Of a stretch of DNA of 64,000 nucleotides, positions 10,697 through 21,189 are shown in pieces (position 1 is the first letter of the stretch; each line of letters begins with the position of its first letter). The notes beneath the pieces were generated by a model. That model ran no database searches, was not told the DNA's origin, and saw nothing but the letters and a program-made list of their open reading frames with translations. The DNA is from Chitinophagaceae bacterium. GTDB lineage: Bacteria > Bacteroidota > Bacteroidia > Chitinophagales > Chitinophagaceae. The translations under genes and the position numbers were made by a program. The stretch spans positions 55,837-119,836 of the forward strand of contig JANINS010000001.1 of the NCBI GenBank assembly GCA_024508725.1, in the 5' to 3' direction.

Positions 10697-12028
10697 TCAT
10701 TTCTTGAGGTAAGGACTTGTAAATCCGAGTTTGTTTAATCCATTCTGAATTTCAGGACAACTCATCAATAGTTTCCACATCAATCCGCTTCGATAATTTT
10801 CAATCATCACAATGATCGGTCCCTGGTCGATTGCCAGATGAGATTTCGCATACCAGTCTTTTGTTTCATTGAAAGCATCTACAAAACCGTATTCGCTCCA
10901 AATTTTATCGCCCAGGTCATAATAAAAATGGCGTAGTGCTTTCATCGAATATTCCGGTGTATAAGGAAATGCAGACAATGCAGCAGTTGGTGTGATCGTA
11001 CCGAAATCATTCGTTGGTGAATATGCATTATACCCATCGTAGGTATCACCTGCTGTTAATCCCCAGCAATTTTCACCATAACCTTTGAACTTACCCGGAT
11101 TGCGAACACAATGTTCCCTGTTGATGAGTGTATGATTTTTATTTTGTTCCCAGTAATCTGCATACTGATCTTTCAAACCATTAGGGTCTACACCAAGAAA
11201 AGAATAGTGCGAAAAGAAGAGTGGACCACCGTAATCGAAACCTAAAGGTAATTTGTAGCCATAGAACTCCTTTCCATTTTTGAAAAAATTACTTTGAGCC
11301 CATCCACGATGATATACATCGGCTGATACCTGGTAACGTTGAGCACTTGCTGCAAGAATGTAAGTGATCAGGCATTCATTAAATCCACGAATAGGGAAGT
11401 CCATGCTCCATCCGTTATTAGGACTCCAGTGCCAATACAAAACATCTTCTCCTCCTTTTGTAAACCAATTCCATTCTATTTCATTCCACAACCAGTTGAT
11501 GCGATTTCTTAGTTCTTCTTCCGTTCTGTCTTTTGTATTGAAATATTGCCTTGCACATAAAAGTCCCTGGAATAGATAAGAAGATTCTACAAGATCAGCA
11601 CCATCATCTTTCCTTGAAAAAGGTATCACCTTACCAGTAGTTCCGTTTAACCAGTGAGGAAATACTCCGTGATAGGCATCTGCTTTCGAAAGAAATTTTA
11701 CCATCTTCAATAAAAACTTCGCTGCAGTATCTCTTTTTATCCAGCCTCTTTCTGTTGCGACGATGGTACTCATTATGCCAAATCCTGTTCCGCCGGTTGT
11801 TACAACTTCACTTCCATAATCATAAGCAACATTGCTTCGCTCTCTCGACAAACCACTCACCGGGTGTGCAAAATCCCAGAAGTAACGGAATGTTTGCCGT
11901 TGCACTACATCCAGCAAAGCAGAATCTGAAAGGTTTGGCAAAACACCAACGACTGGTATCTTTTGTGCTTTAGTATTGAAGCTAATAACCACAAGTAAAA
12001 TCAGGAGTATGTTTCTGATCAGTTTCAT
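10697..12028 (-). CDS. PF10091-type 'putative glucoamylase' / GH144-like (endo-beta-1,2-glucanase family) protein, paralog B
   Basis: Has a signal peptide. It shares the block FWDFAHPVSGL.RER...TTGGTGFGIMS...HWLNGTTGK..PFS.KDDGADLVESSYL.QGLLCARQYF with the adjacent paralog. The GH144 family assignment is from memory and was not verified. Confidence 0.55.
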   Translation of the reverse strand: MKLIRNILLILLVVISFNTKAQKIPVVGVLPNLSDSALLDVVQRQTFRYFWDFAHPVSGLSRERSNVAYDYGSEVVTTGGTGFGIMSTIVATERGWIKRDTAAKFLLKMVKFLSKADAYHGVFPHWLNGTTGKVIPFSRKDDGADLVESSYLFQGLLCARQYFNTKDRTEEELRNRINWLWNEIEWNWFTKGGEDVLYWHWSPNNGWSMDFPIRGFNECLITYILAASAQRYQVSADVYHRGWAQSNFFKNGKEFYGYKLPLGFDYGGPLFFSHYSFLGVDPNGLKDQYADYWEQNKNHTLINREHCVRNPGKFKGYGENCWGLTAGDTYDGYNAYSPTNDFGTITPTAALSAFPYTPEYSMKALRHFYYDLGDKIWSEYGFVDAFNETKDWYAKSHLAIDQGPIIVMIENYRSGLMWKLLMSCPEIQNGLNKLGFTSPYLKK

Positions 12029-12037
12029 ACATCAAGT

Positions 12038-13702
12038 TTATAAATACGGTGCTGTAAAGCCGAGGTTTCGCATTCCATTTTTTACTTCAGGACAACTGGT
12101 AAATAAATTCCATAGCAATCCTGATCGATGATTTTCTATCATTACAATGATCGGTCCCTGGTCAATTGCTAAGAATGAATTGGCGAACCACAGATCCTTC
12201 AATGAAAAAGCATCTACAAATCCATATTGCTTCCATATCTTATCACCCAACACATAATAATAAAATTTCAATGCTTTCATTGATTCTGTTGGTGTATATG
12301 GAAACGAAGACAAGGCTGCAGTTGGTGCGATCACTCCAACATCATTGGTAGGTGAGCTTGCGGTATAACCTGAAGGAATATCACTTGCAGTAAGTCCCCA
12401 AACAGAATCGCTGTAGCCAAAGTAATTCTTCGGATTCGTTTTACAATAATTGTAATTGATGAGTGTATGATTCTTTGTTTGAACTGCATAATTCGCATAA
12501 GCATCGGAAAGTCCATTCGGATCAATGCCTAAAAAAGAATAATGCTCGAAGAACAAAGGACCACCAAGGTTTGGACCTAACGGTAGTTGATATCCATAAT
12601 ACGTATTGTTATTGATCATTGCTCCATTCTGAGCAAAGCCATTATCGTAAACGATCTTAGGGATGTTATAATTTGTAGAAGATGCTGCTAAAACATAAGT
12701 TATCAGGCACTCGTTCCAACCACGTATTGGCAGGTTCATATCCCATCCATAATTATTGCTCCAGTGCCAGTATAAAGTATTCTGATTGTTTTGCCTGAAC
12801 CAGTTCCATTGTACACCATTCCAGATAGCGTTTATATCATTCCGCAGGTTGGTTTCGGCTGCATCAGCACCATTGAAATACTGTCGTGCACAAAGTAATC
12901 CTTGTATTAAGTAAGATGTTTCAACAAGATCTGCACCATCATCTTTTGTACTGAAAGGCACTGCTGCACCGGTTGTTCCATTAAGCCAGTGGGGATATGC
13001 ACCATGAAAAGTTTGTGCAGTATTCTTTAGGAATGAAACCATCGTTTGCATTCTCGCCAAACCTTGTGCTCGTGTAATAAAGTTCCTGTGAACACCTGTT
13101 ATGATCGACATAATACCAAACCCAGAACCGCCACTCGTAACAACATCACCGGAAGTATTTCTTTCTCTTGCCAATCCGCTTACAGGGTGACCAAAATCCC
13201 AGAAGTATTTAAACGTTTGTTGTTGAACCAATGTAAGCAATGCATCATCTGATATTGCAGTAAACTTTCGTGATGAATCAATTTTCGTTGTTAGATTAAC
13301 AGTAATTGCGGACTGCAACTTTCCTTTATTCTTTGATGTTAGATCAGTGGTGATATCAAGCGTATATTTTGCTAATCCTTGCAGCGGTGATGATGGAATG
13401 ATCAATATAACACTGTCATTATTTGATGTAGAAGCGTTGTAAGGAAGAGTTGATCCATTTGCTTCTTTCAAAGTGATGCTGGAAGCAATAGAAGTGGGAT
13501 CTACTGCTACCGGGAATTTGAACTGAACGGAAGGTGTAAGATTTACATTCGTATAATTGAAGCCATTACTGATGCCATTCACGGTTACTTCATTTAACGT
13601 GAAAGGCTTTGGTGAAACAACAGGATCAACAACTCCGCTTCCTCCTTTTTTACAGGAGAAAATACCAAGTATGATCAAAAGGCAGCAACAATATCTTACC
13701 AT
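12038..13702 (-). CDS. PF10091/GH144-like protein, paralog A, with an N-terminal Ig-like extension
   Basis: Same catalytic-domain blocks as 10697..12028, roughly 50% identical by eye. It also has a lipoprotein-like signal and about 110 aa of Ig-like sequence at the N-terminus. Confidence 0.55.
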   Translation of the reverse strand: MVRYCCCLLIILGIFSCKKGGSGVVDPVVSPKPFTLNEVTVNGISNGFNYTNVNLTPSVQFKFPVAVDPTSIASSITLKEANGSTLPYNASTSNNDSVILIIPSSPLQGLAKYTLDITTDLTSKNKGKLQSAITVNLTTKIDSSRKFTAISDDALLTLVQQQTFKYFWDFGHPVSGLARERNTSGDVVTSGGSGFGIMSIITGVHRNFITRAQGLARMQTMVSFLKNTAQTFHGAYPHWLNGTTGAAVPFSTKDDGADLVETSYLIQGLLCARQYFNGADAAETNLRNDINAIWNGVQWNWFRQNNQNTLYWHWSNNYGWDMNLPIRGWNECLITYVLAASSTNYNIPKIVYDNGFAQNGAMINNNTYYGYQLPLGPNLGGPLFFEHYSFLGIDPNGLSDAYANYAVQTKNHTLINYNYCKTNPKNYFGYSDSVWGLTASDIPSGYTASSPTNDVGVIAPTAALSSFPYTPTESMKALKFYYYVLGDKIWKQYGFVDAFSLKDLWFANSFLAIDQGPIIVMIENHRSGLLWNLFTSCPEVKNGMRNLGFTAPYL

Positions 13703-13705
13703 AAT

Positions 13706-15184
13706 TTACCAAACGTATGTAGCTACTGAGCCACCTTCGAGTGACGTAGTAAACCACAGGTCTTTAAATTTCACATTGAATGTTTCTGTGTTATTACCAT
13801 CGTTCTCAACGATCAACACTTTCTTACCATCTGGTCTCTCAAAAGCAACGGTTTGAATATTACCGCTATTGTTAGAAGCAATTCTTACAGAATTTGGTGG
13901 AAGAAATTTCGATGCATGTGCTACGATATAATAAGCAACGTTTCTTGTGATCGATGTGCCACTAATGGTAAGTGCTCCTTTACATTGAGTACATCCACCA
14001 GGTGTGTGTGGTTGAAAATTTGCATCATTTGCAAGATTCCATTCCAGAGCCACTTTACTCCAGTTACGCATAGAACCTATGATCACATTTTTAAGATGCC
14101 ATTTCAGATCTCCACCAAATGATCCTGTAGAAGATGTCCATTGCTCAGTGAAGTAAACATTCTTATCAGGATAATTTAAATGAATGGTTGAAAGCGCTGC
14201 AATATCACCTGCATATAAGTGAAAAGCAGCACCATCTATAAATGACCTGGCTGTAGCATCTGATAAAACATCCATCGGGTAATCTATTCTGTCGCAGTTA
14301 TGATCATAGATAATGATCTTTGTTGAAATATTCGCTGCCTGGAAAGCCGGACCAAGATGTGTTTTAATAAATTCTTTTTGTTCGGCTGATGTCATTACCA
14401 TGCTAGGATTGTTTCCTCCATGTAAAGGTTCATTCTGAGGCGTGATCGCATAGATAGGAATTCCTTCGGCCTGCATTGCTTTAATATACTTTACAAAATA
14501 TTGTGCATAGGTGTTGTAGTACTGTGTTTGCAAACTACCACCCATTAAATTGTTGTTGGTTTTCATCCATGCAGGTGCACTCCATGGACTTGCTAATATT
14601 TTTACATTGGGGTTGATCTGGAGAATTTCTTTTAGCACCGGAACAAGGTTAACCATTGCAGGTGCAATGCTGAAGTTAGCAAGTGTTGGATCTGTTGTTG
14701 TGCCGGGCATATCGTTATAAGTGTACGTTGTGGCGCTAAGATCAGATGCTCCAAGACTAATGCGGAGAAAGTTGATGTTGATCGCATTGGGATCTGAAGA
14801 AAACAATTCTCGCAGCAAAGCTGTACGGTTTGACGGAGGTAGTGCATTGATGAGATCAGCACTTCCATCGGTTAATGTATAACCAAATCCATTGATCGAT
14901 TGATATCTCTGAGTACTATCAACAGTTATAGTAACATTATTATTGCTCACATTACTGAAACCAGGTGTGGTTGATTGTTGTGTGAGTAGTTGAGATTGAT
15001 TTTGCGTAGTAAGCCACCAATTAGCAAATACAGTTGGAGTTACCGGTGTAGGAGTAGGATTGGGTGGTGGTGTTGGTGTTACTGTTCCGCCACCGCCTGA
15101 ACTCTTTTTTGAACAGGCATTCGCAGTTAACAGAAACAAAGACATGATAATAAAGGTGGCAACTTTCGTTCTCATAACATTCAA
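13706..15184 (-). CDS. GH30 family glycoside hydrolase (beta-1,6-glucanase / glucosylceramidase-like)
   Basis: Has a lipoprotein-type signal and a Pro/Thr linker. GH30 blocks include ASPWSAPAWMK and QNEP. It is a paralog of 23195..24622. Confidence 0.8.
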   Translation of the reverse strand: MNVMRTKVATFIIMSLFLLTANACSKKSSGGGGTVTPTPPPNPTPTPVTPTVFANWWLTTQNQSQLLTQQSTTPGFSNVSNNNVTITVDSTQRYQSINGFGYTLTDGSADLINALPPSNRTALLRELFSSDPNAININFLRISLGASDLSATTYTYNDMPGTTTDPTLANFSIAPAMVNLVPVLKEILQINPNVKILASPWSAPAWMKTNNNLMGGSLQTQYYNTYAQYFVKYIKAMQAEGIPIYAITPQNEPLHGGNNPSMVMTSAEQKEFIKTHLGPAFQAANISTKIIIYDHNCDRIDYPMDVLSDATARSFIDGAAFHLYAGDIAALSTIHLNYPDKNVYFTEQWTSSTGSFGGDLKWHLKNVIIGSMRNWSKVALEWNLANDANFQPHTPGGCTQCKGALTISGTSITRNVAYYIVAHASKFLPPNSVRIASNNSGNIQTVAFERPDGKKVLIVENDGNNTETFNVKFKDLWFTTSLEGGSVATYVW

Positions 15185-15264
15185 TTTACTCCTCAGAACA
15201 GGTATTGGATTTTTAAAGACAATTATCCCGGCAAATGCCGGGATAATTGATAAGTGATCAGTGC

Positions 15265-16140
15265 TTACTTTTTATTTGCATACAAACTTGTGACTTCTGC
15301 AGTAGTGAGTGCTTTACTATACAGACGAACCTGATCGATCTGCCCTTTAAACGAACTTTGAAGCCAACCACTTACGCCATCGGCATCTCCGTCGTTTCTT
15401 GGACCACGACCAATCCTGAATTCTGTGATCTTATCATTTAGTAAATTCAAAGCACCATGTGTACCCCATGTTTTAAGATTCGGGTTTGCTGCTCCATCAA
15501 TGTAAAGCGTCATCGTACTGCTGTTATGATCATATACAGCTGCAATGTGATGCCATTGATTATCTAATAAACCAGCAATCGATTGGCCGCCTTCCCAAGT
15601 TAGCCATCCATCATTTGTTCCGGATTGAATGTAGAATTTTACAGCACAGGCAGCATTATCACCTTCTAGGAAGAACAGGAAACTACCATTTGACCAATTG
15701 TAATTATCTACTGCACGAGTACTTAAAATATATTCCGGCCCATTTGTTCCTCCATTGTTTTTTGTTTGACCATTTCTCTTAAACCATGCTGATACGGTAA
15801 AGCTTTGTGCCGTAGTTGCCCAGTCATTGGGTTTTGAATATTTAATGAACTTCAGGTTTTCACCCTGTACAGCTTTTCCGCTTACGCCAGTTACAGAAGT
15901 AAGTGGATTATCGGAAGGAAAATTGGCTCTTACACTATCCACTGCATTCATCAATGCATCGGTAGTATTTCCGTCGAAAGCTACATAGAACTTTAACGGA
16001 CCACCTGGTGCATTTGCATCAACAGGATAGTTGCCAAGTTCCGGCTGAGTTTTCTTCTGGCAGCTTGTGACTATTAGTGTCATTGCTGCTATAAATAGGA
16101 ACTTTGCAGTTTTCATAATATTAAGTTTCATTTCGATCAA
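15265..16140 (-). CDS. surface lipoprotein with a LamG/ConA-like lectin domain, in the SusE/F-like position
   Basis: Lipobox TSCQ. It lies immediately downstream of SusD. The start is probably at the internal MKTAKF. Confidence 0.5.
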   Translation of the reverse strand: MIEMKLNIMKTAKFLFIAAMTLIVTSCQKKTQPELGNYPVDANAPGGPLKFYVAFDGNTTDALMNAVDSVRANFPSDNPLTSVTGVSGKAVQGENLKFIKYSKPNDWATTAQSFTVSAWFKRNGQTKNNGGTNGPEYILSTRAVDNYNWSNGSFLFFLEGDNAACAVKFYIQSGTNDGWLTWEGGQSIAGLLDNQWHHIAAVYDHNSSTMTLYIDGAANPNLKTWGTHGALNLLNDKITEFRIGRGPRNDGDADGVSGWLQSSFKGQIDQVRLYSKALTTAEVTSLYANKK

Positions 16141-16192
16141 TTAATAAGTTTACTTAAGTAACCGATACAGAATATGCACCGGTTATTATCTA

Positions 16193-17740
16193 CTAAGGAT
16201 AATCAGGATTTTGAACCAATGCACCACCTGACTGATCGATCACAGGTTGTGGTAATGGCAGGTATTTGTTTCTAGCCTGGTATCCGAGTGGACCCAATAC
16301 ATTTACTGCATCACCCCATCTTACCAGATCAAAAAATCTCTCTCCTTCCATGGCAAATTCAACTCTTCTCTCCTGCTTGATAGCGGTACGCATTTGTGTT
16401 TGCGATACAAATGCAACAAAAGGTAAAACAGAATTATTTCCATCTCTTGCTCTTGCTCTCACCTGCTCAAGATAATTCACTGCTAAAGTTTGATTAGCAG
16501 CACCACCAATCTCGTTAGCAGCTTCTGCAGCCATCAGCAATACATCAGCATAACGAAGAATTCTTTGGTTAAGAAAACCTGCACCATGAATATCACCTGT
16601 TTCCTGTTGTCTCTTAGGATCAACATAGGCTTTCTTGTTCCAGTAAGCTCTTGGCAAACCGGTTGGAAGTGTACGTCCATAACCTCCATGTGCAGGATCG
16701 TCTGATTGACCGCTATACAGAATCGTGTAATCTTTACGAGGATCTCCTGCTTCGTATGCAGCTACCAGATCTGGTGTAGGTGTATTCCAACCCCAACCCA
16801 GATCCCAATCACCACTTCCACGAACACCTTGAGATGTTGCAAAGAAACTATACAGGCTTTGAGCTGTTCCAGACGCTCCGGGAGGTGTGTAAGCTTGAAT
16901 TTCGAAAATCGATTCCTTGCCGTTTTCACCTGCTTCATTATAAGCAAGGTTATACTTATCAAGGCTATATTCACCTGAAGCGATCACTTGCTGCAGTAAT
17001 CCCAATGCACCAGCCCATTGCTGACGATACATCATTGTTTTAGCCAGCAATGTTTGAGCAGCGCCTCTTGTTAATCTGCCGGGATATTTGTTTTGTCCGG
17101 ATGCATTCTTCCAGTTAAGTGGAAGATGAGCTACCGCATACTGAAGATCTGCATCTATCAATCCATAAATAACGGATTCATCAGACTTTGGCAATGAATT
17201 GACCTGGGCATTATTGGTCACAGGAAAATCAATCTTTCTAACCTTACCATATGTTCTTACCAAATCAAAATAAGAAAGTGCTCTGAAGAACCTACCTTCT
17301 GCAAGGTTGACTAAAGACGCAGGATCAGTAAGCTTCAATGAATCAACTGTATGAATAAGGATATTCGCATGGTCAATCATTTTATACTTACGCTCATAAT
17401 AAATATTGGTACTCCAGTGATCTTTACTATACTGAAACTGATCATAGATCACAGCCCAATCTGCACCGTCGCTTGGAGAGCTTCCTTTCATTGCATCATC
17501 ATCTCTGAAACTATGAATAGCGAGGTAAGGAATATGACCCCAGGCAGCTCCACCTTCGTCAGGATTACGGATCGCACCGTATAAACCTAAAGCCAGACCT
17601 TCAACACCACCCTGATTCAGATCAGACAGAGTGGCTTGCAGTGGTTTCCTGTCGAGAAATTTCTGACAGCCTACGCTGGCTATAGCAACAGGTATTGTTA
17701 TCAACAGTACCCATTTCAAAGCTTTTGTATTGTATTTCAT
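16193..17740 (-). CDS. SusD/RagB family nutrient-binding outer-membrane lipoprotein
   Basis: Lipobox VGCQ, TPR-like SusD fold, and position immediately after SusC. Confidence 0.85.
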   Translation of the reverse strand: MKYNTKALKWVLLITIPVAIASVGCQKFLDRKPLQATLSDLNQGGVEGLALGLYGAIRNPDEGGAAWGHIPYLAIHSFRDDDAMKGSSPSDGADWAVIYDQFQYSKDHWSTNIYYERKYKMIDHANILIHTVDSLKLTDPASLVNLAEGRFFRALSYFDLVRTYGKVRKIDFPVTNNAQVNSLPKSDESVIYGLIDADLQYAVAHLPLNWKNASGQNKYPGRLTRGAAQTLLAKTMMYRQQWAGALGLLQQVIASGEYSLDKYNLAYNEAGENGKESIFEIQAYTPPGASGTAQSLYSFFATSQGVRGSGDWDLGWGWNTPTPDLVAAYEAGDPRKDYTILYSGQSDDPAHGGYGRTLPTGLPRAYWNKKAYVDPKRQQETGDIHGAGFLNQRILRYADVLLMAAEAANEIGGAANQTLAVNYLEQVRARARDGNNSVLPFVAFVSQTQMRTAIKQERRVEFAMEGERFFDLVRWGDAVNVLGPLGYQARNKYLPLPQPVIDQSGGALVQNPDYP

Positions 17741-17758
17741 ATTGTTTACTATTAATGA

Positions 17759-20700
17759 TTAAAAGTTCAGAGTTAAACCACCTGTCACGATCATTGGTAC
17801 AGGACCATCACCGTAATCTAAACCAAAGGCAGTTGGGCTACCACCAAATTCTGGTGTATAACCGGAGTTATTCTTGAATGTTTTCAAATTCTGAACATTC
17901 GCAAACACTCTTAAACTCTTAATGTGAAGTTTTGCTAGTTGAGACTGATCGAACGTGTAGGCCAGTTGTATATTCCTGATGCGGAAATAGCTTCCATCTT
18001 CGATACCAAAAGTAGAAGGCAACCTGTTGATCGCATGATTGTCTCCAAGGATAGGTACCCAATTAGATGTACCTGGCCCATGCCAACGCTGCAGCTTAAA
18101 TGATGCATAGTTGTAACGGGAATAAGGTAATTCTGAGCTACCCCAGATACGATATACTTCAGCACCATAAGAACCATTCACATCGATATCCAGTTCAAGT
18201 TTCTTATAAGTGAGTGTTACAGATCCACCGTAAATGAAATCAGGTGTTGGGTTACCGATCATTGTACGATCTTTAGTATCGATCACACCATCACCATTTA
18301 CATCCCTGTACTTCAAATCACCTGGTCCGTAATCATAACCAATTACTTTAGGGCTTGATAATTTGTCGTTATAAGATTGATATATCCCATCAACAATATA
18401 ACCATAGAAATAACCAATAGGATAACCGATCTCGGTTTGGTTTGGTGTAGATTCACCTGCAGCCAGCGGTGTTCCAAAATTCTTCACTTCATTTTTAAAA
18501 GTGGTGATATTACCACTCACTGCAATCCTGAGATCTCTTGATAATGGCTGTGTCCAGCTTGCCATTGCTTCAATACCCTTGTTAGAAATATCAGCAAGAT
18601 TTCCCAACTGCGGTTTACCAGTAGGCAGATACAGGAATGCAAGTGCACCTTTTGTAAGCCTGTTGTAATAATTCAACTCAACATGTAATTTGTTTTTTAA
18701 AGAGTTGAACTCCATGCCGATTTCTTTTGCATGATTTTTTTCCCAGGTAAGATCATCTGCAGGAGTGTAATCATTAACATAAGCAGCATATGTATTGTTG
18801 CCGAATACTGCGGTATTACCCTGGCCAATACGAGGATACAAAGGATAATCATATCCGTAAGTATTTTGACCACCCAATACACCAATAGAAGCTTTCAACT
18901 TAAAGTAGTTGAATATCTTTTGATCAGCCATAAAGTTCTCACGGGTCAACTCCCATGCAGCACCAACAGCCCAGAAATTCTCCCATGTATTTCCATTTGC
19001 CTGGAAAACAGATGAACCATCCCGACGATAAGAAACGTTCAGCATGTATTTATTCTGATAGCTATATAATGCACGGAACAATCCAGACACTGTAGCTTTT
19101 TCTGCTGAATAAGATCCAGACTGGTTTGCCAATACATCATTAAAACCATTATTAATAAACCAGAAACGTTTATCATCAGGAATAGGATCACCAGAAAGAC
19201 TCTGCCTTGTATTAGCACTTAATTGGTTTACTCCAAAAAAGTAAGTAGTAAACCCTGCTGTACCTGTAAGGCTATGATCACCAAAAGTTCTCTTGTAAGT
19301 TAGAATGTGATCCTGCTGAAACTTTCTGTAATCATCCCTGTTAACATTCACTCTTGTGAGTTGGTTAATGAGGATCCATGGCTGAGTAGATGAAGCAGGA
19401 TTATAACCGGCATACAAAGGATTGTAAGAACGACTGTCAACCCAACTCATATCACCATACACTGTACCACGGTAGTTGAAGTATCTGAGGAAATTTACAT
19501 CAACATAAAAACTACCTACAAAACGAGTTTCCCTGCCAATGTATTTATTCCAGGTGTTTTCTCTTGTAAGCAATGGATTTTGAAGTGTATTCTGGATGCT
19601 GGGTAAAACAGAATACAAATTATAGGTGACTGTATCACCATATAATTTTAAACGTTGAGGTTGAGTTCCTGCACTTACAATAGGTGCAATTCTTCTTGCA
19701 TCCTGTAAAGCACCTGTACCATCACTAGGATATTTAGTTCGTGTACCTGCGAGATTGAAACCAAATTTGATTCCTTTTGTAAGCTTGATCTCATCTGCAA
19801 GTGAAACCTGGAATTTTTCGAGCTTTTCATGAATAACAATACCCTCATCCTTGGTATAACCTAAACCTAAATAGAACTTGTTCTTCTCTGTGCTTGTAGT
19901 TAAACTTAAGTTGGTAGAATTGAAATGACCGGTTTGTGTCATAGCGTCAATCCAGTCAGTGTTATTCTGCCATTTGCTGTAGTCAAATACTTCTGTAGAA
20001 CCGATGTTTGCTTTTTCTTCTTCGTACAGTGTTCTAAAATCTTCTCCGTTGGTAAGAACATCTATCTTATCAACGAGTTTTTTAAAACCCCATGAAGTAG
20101 TAAGACTAATATTCACCTGGCCAGTCTTTGCTCTTTTTGTAGTAATAGCGATCACACCACCAGCACCACGAATACCGAAGATGGCAAGTGAAGAAGGATC
20201 TTTCAATATCTCTATTGTTTCGATATCGTTTGGATTCAGGTAGTCGATATTATCATTTAAGATACCATCTACTACATATAAAGGTCTTACTGCATCGCCA
20301 TTGGTACTACCTGTACCACGAATACGGATGTCTGGTGCTTTACCAGGAGTTCCATAGGGAGTAACTGATAAACCTGCAACCTTTCCCTGCAATGAAGTGA
20401 TCGGGTTGGTGTTTGGCTTATCTGCCACTTCCCTTCCTGACACTTTAACAATCGAACCGGTAAGATCTCTTTTGTTAGCTGTACCATAACCGATCACTAC
20501 TACCTGATCTAAGTTCACTGCAGAAGGTGCCAATGACACATCGAGAGATGTTCTATTACCTACTACAATTTCCTGTGATACATAACCCACAAAGCTGAAC
20601 ACCAATGTTGCGTTTGCCGGAACTGGCAAACTAAATTGTCCGTTATCATTAGTAGTTGTACCTCGTGATGTTCCTTTGATCTGTACCGATACACCTGCAA

Positions 20701-21112
20701 TAGGCATATTATTTTCTCCTTTTACTGTACCAGTGATCACCTGGTCTGCCGGAGCCGAAGCATCTTCAGCACCTTTAATGGCAATAAGATTGTTTTGAAG
20801 AAATTGATAAGTGATACCACTGTTCTTCAGCAATCTGTCTAATACATCTTTAATCTCTGCATCCTGTACAGATAAAGAGACTTTTTGTTTTACGCCCTGC
20901 AATTCGCCATTGTACAGGAAACGATAATTAGATTGTTTCTCAATAGTTGTAAGCACACTGGCAATCTCAGCATCTTTTACATTGAGGCTGATCTTGCTTT
21001 GTGAATACCCTTTAGCGCTAACCTGGAACATAACATGACCCAGAAACAGCACTGTGAAGATTCTCAAAAGCAGCATCCTGGGGATAGCCGCAACCGTTAA
21101 TTTTAGTTTCAT
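17759..21112 (-). CDS. SusC/RagA-type TonB-dependent transducer with an N-terminal STN signalling domain
   Basis: The STN domain reads KISLNVKDAEIASVL..YRFLYN. It is followed by a CarboxypepD_reg-like domain, a TonB plug and a 22-strand barrel ending in the C-terminal F. Confidence 0.9.
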   Translation of the reverse strand: MKLKLTVAAIPRMLLLRIFTVLFLGHVMFQVSAKGYSQSKISLNVKDAEIASVLTTIEKQSNYRFLYNGELQGVKQKVSLSVQDAEIKDVLDRLLKNSGITYQFLQNNLIAIKGAEDASAPADQVITGTVKGENNMPIAGVSVQIKGTSRGTTTNDNGQFSLPVPANATLVFSFVGYVSQEIVVGNRTSLDVSLAPSAVNLDQVVVIGYGTANKRDLTGSIVKVSGREVADKPNTNPITSLQGKVAGLSVTPYGTPGKAPDIRIRGTGSTNGDAVRPLYVVDGILNDNIDYLNPNDIETIEILKDPSSLAIFGIRGAGGVIAITTKRAKTGQVNISLTTSWGFKKLVDKIDVLTNGEDFRTLYEEEKANIGSTEVFDYSKWQNNTDWIDAMTQTGHFNSTNLSLTTSTEKNKFYLGLGYTKDEGIVIHEKLEKFQVSLADEIKLTKGIKFGFNLAGTRTKYPSDGTGALQDARRIAPIVSAGTQPQRLKLYGDTVTYNLYSVLPSIQNTLQNPLLTRENTWNKYIGRETRFVGSFYVDVNFLRYFNYRGTVYGDMSWVDSRSYNPLYAGYNPASSTQPWILINQLTRVNVNRDDYRKFQQDHILTYKRTFGDHSLTGTAGFTTYFFGVNQLSANTRQSLSGDPIPDDKRFWFINNGFNDVLANQSGSYSAEKATVSGLFRALYSYQNKYMLNVSYRRDGSSVFQANGNTWENFWAVGAAWELTRENFMADQKIFNYFKLKASIGVLGGQNTYGYDYPLYPRIGQGNTAVFGNNTYAAYVNDYTPADDLTWEKNHAKEIGMEFNSLKNKLHVELNYYNRLTKGALAFLYLPTGKPQLGNLADISNKGIEAMASWTQPLSRDLRIAVSGNITTFKNEVKNFGTPLAAGESTPNQTEIGYPIGYFYGYIVDGIYQSYNDKLSSPKVIGYDYGPGDLKYRDVNGDGVIDTKDRTMIGNPTPDFIYGGSVTLTYKKLELDIDVNGSYGAEVYRIWGSSELPYSRYNYASFKLQRWHGPGTSNWVPILGDNHAINRLPSTFGIEDGSYFRIRNIQLAYTFDQSQLAKLHIKSLRVFANVQNLKTFKNNSGYTPEFGGSPTAFGLDYGDGPVPMIVTGGLTLNF

Positions 21113-21189
21113 AATTAGAAATTGTGCGTTATCAAAATCGTAAAGGTTTTCGTTTGCATTGTATTGTTTTACATCATATGCGATAGGTT

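Noticed and set aside
13853-14122. The 89-aa ORF antisense to GH30, and similar antisense ORFs within susC, susD, fusA and the adhesin (for example 16706..16978, 18731..19015, 52919..53248, 61658..61984)
   Set aside because: Codon usage does not look like coding sequence, and each is entirely contained in a strongly supported gene on the opposite strand.
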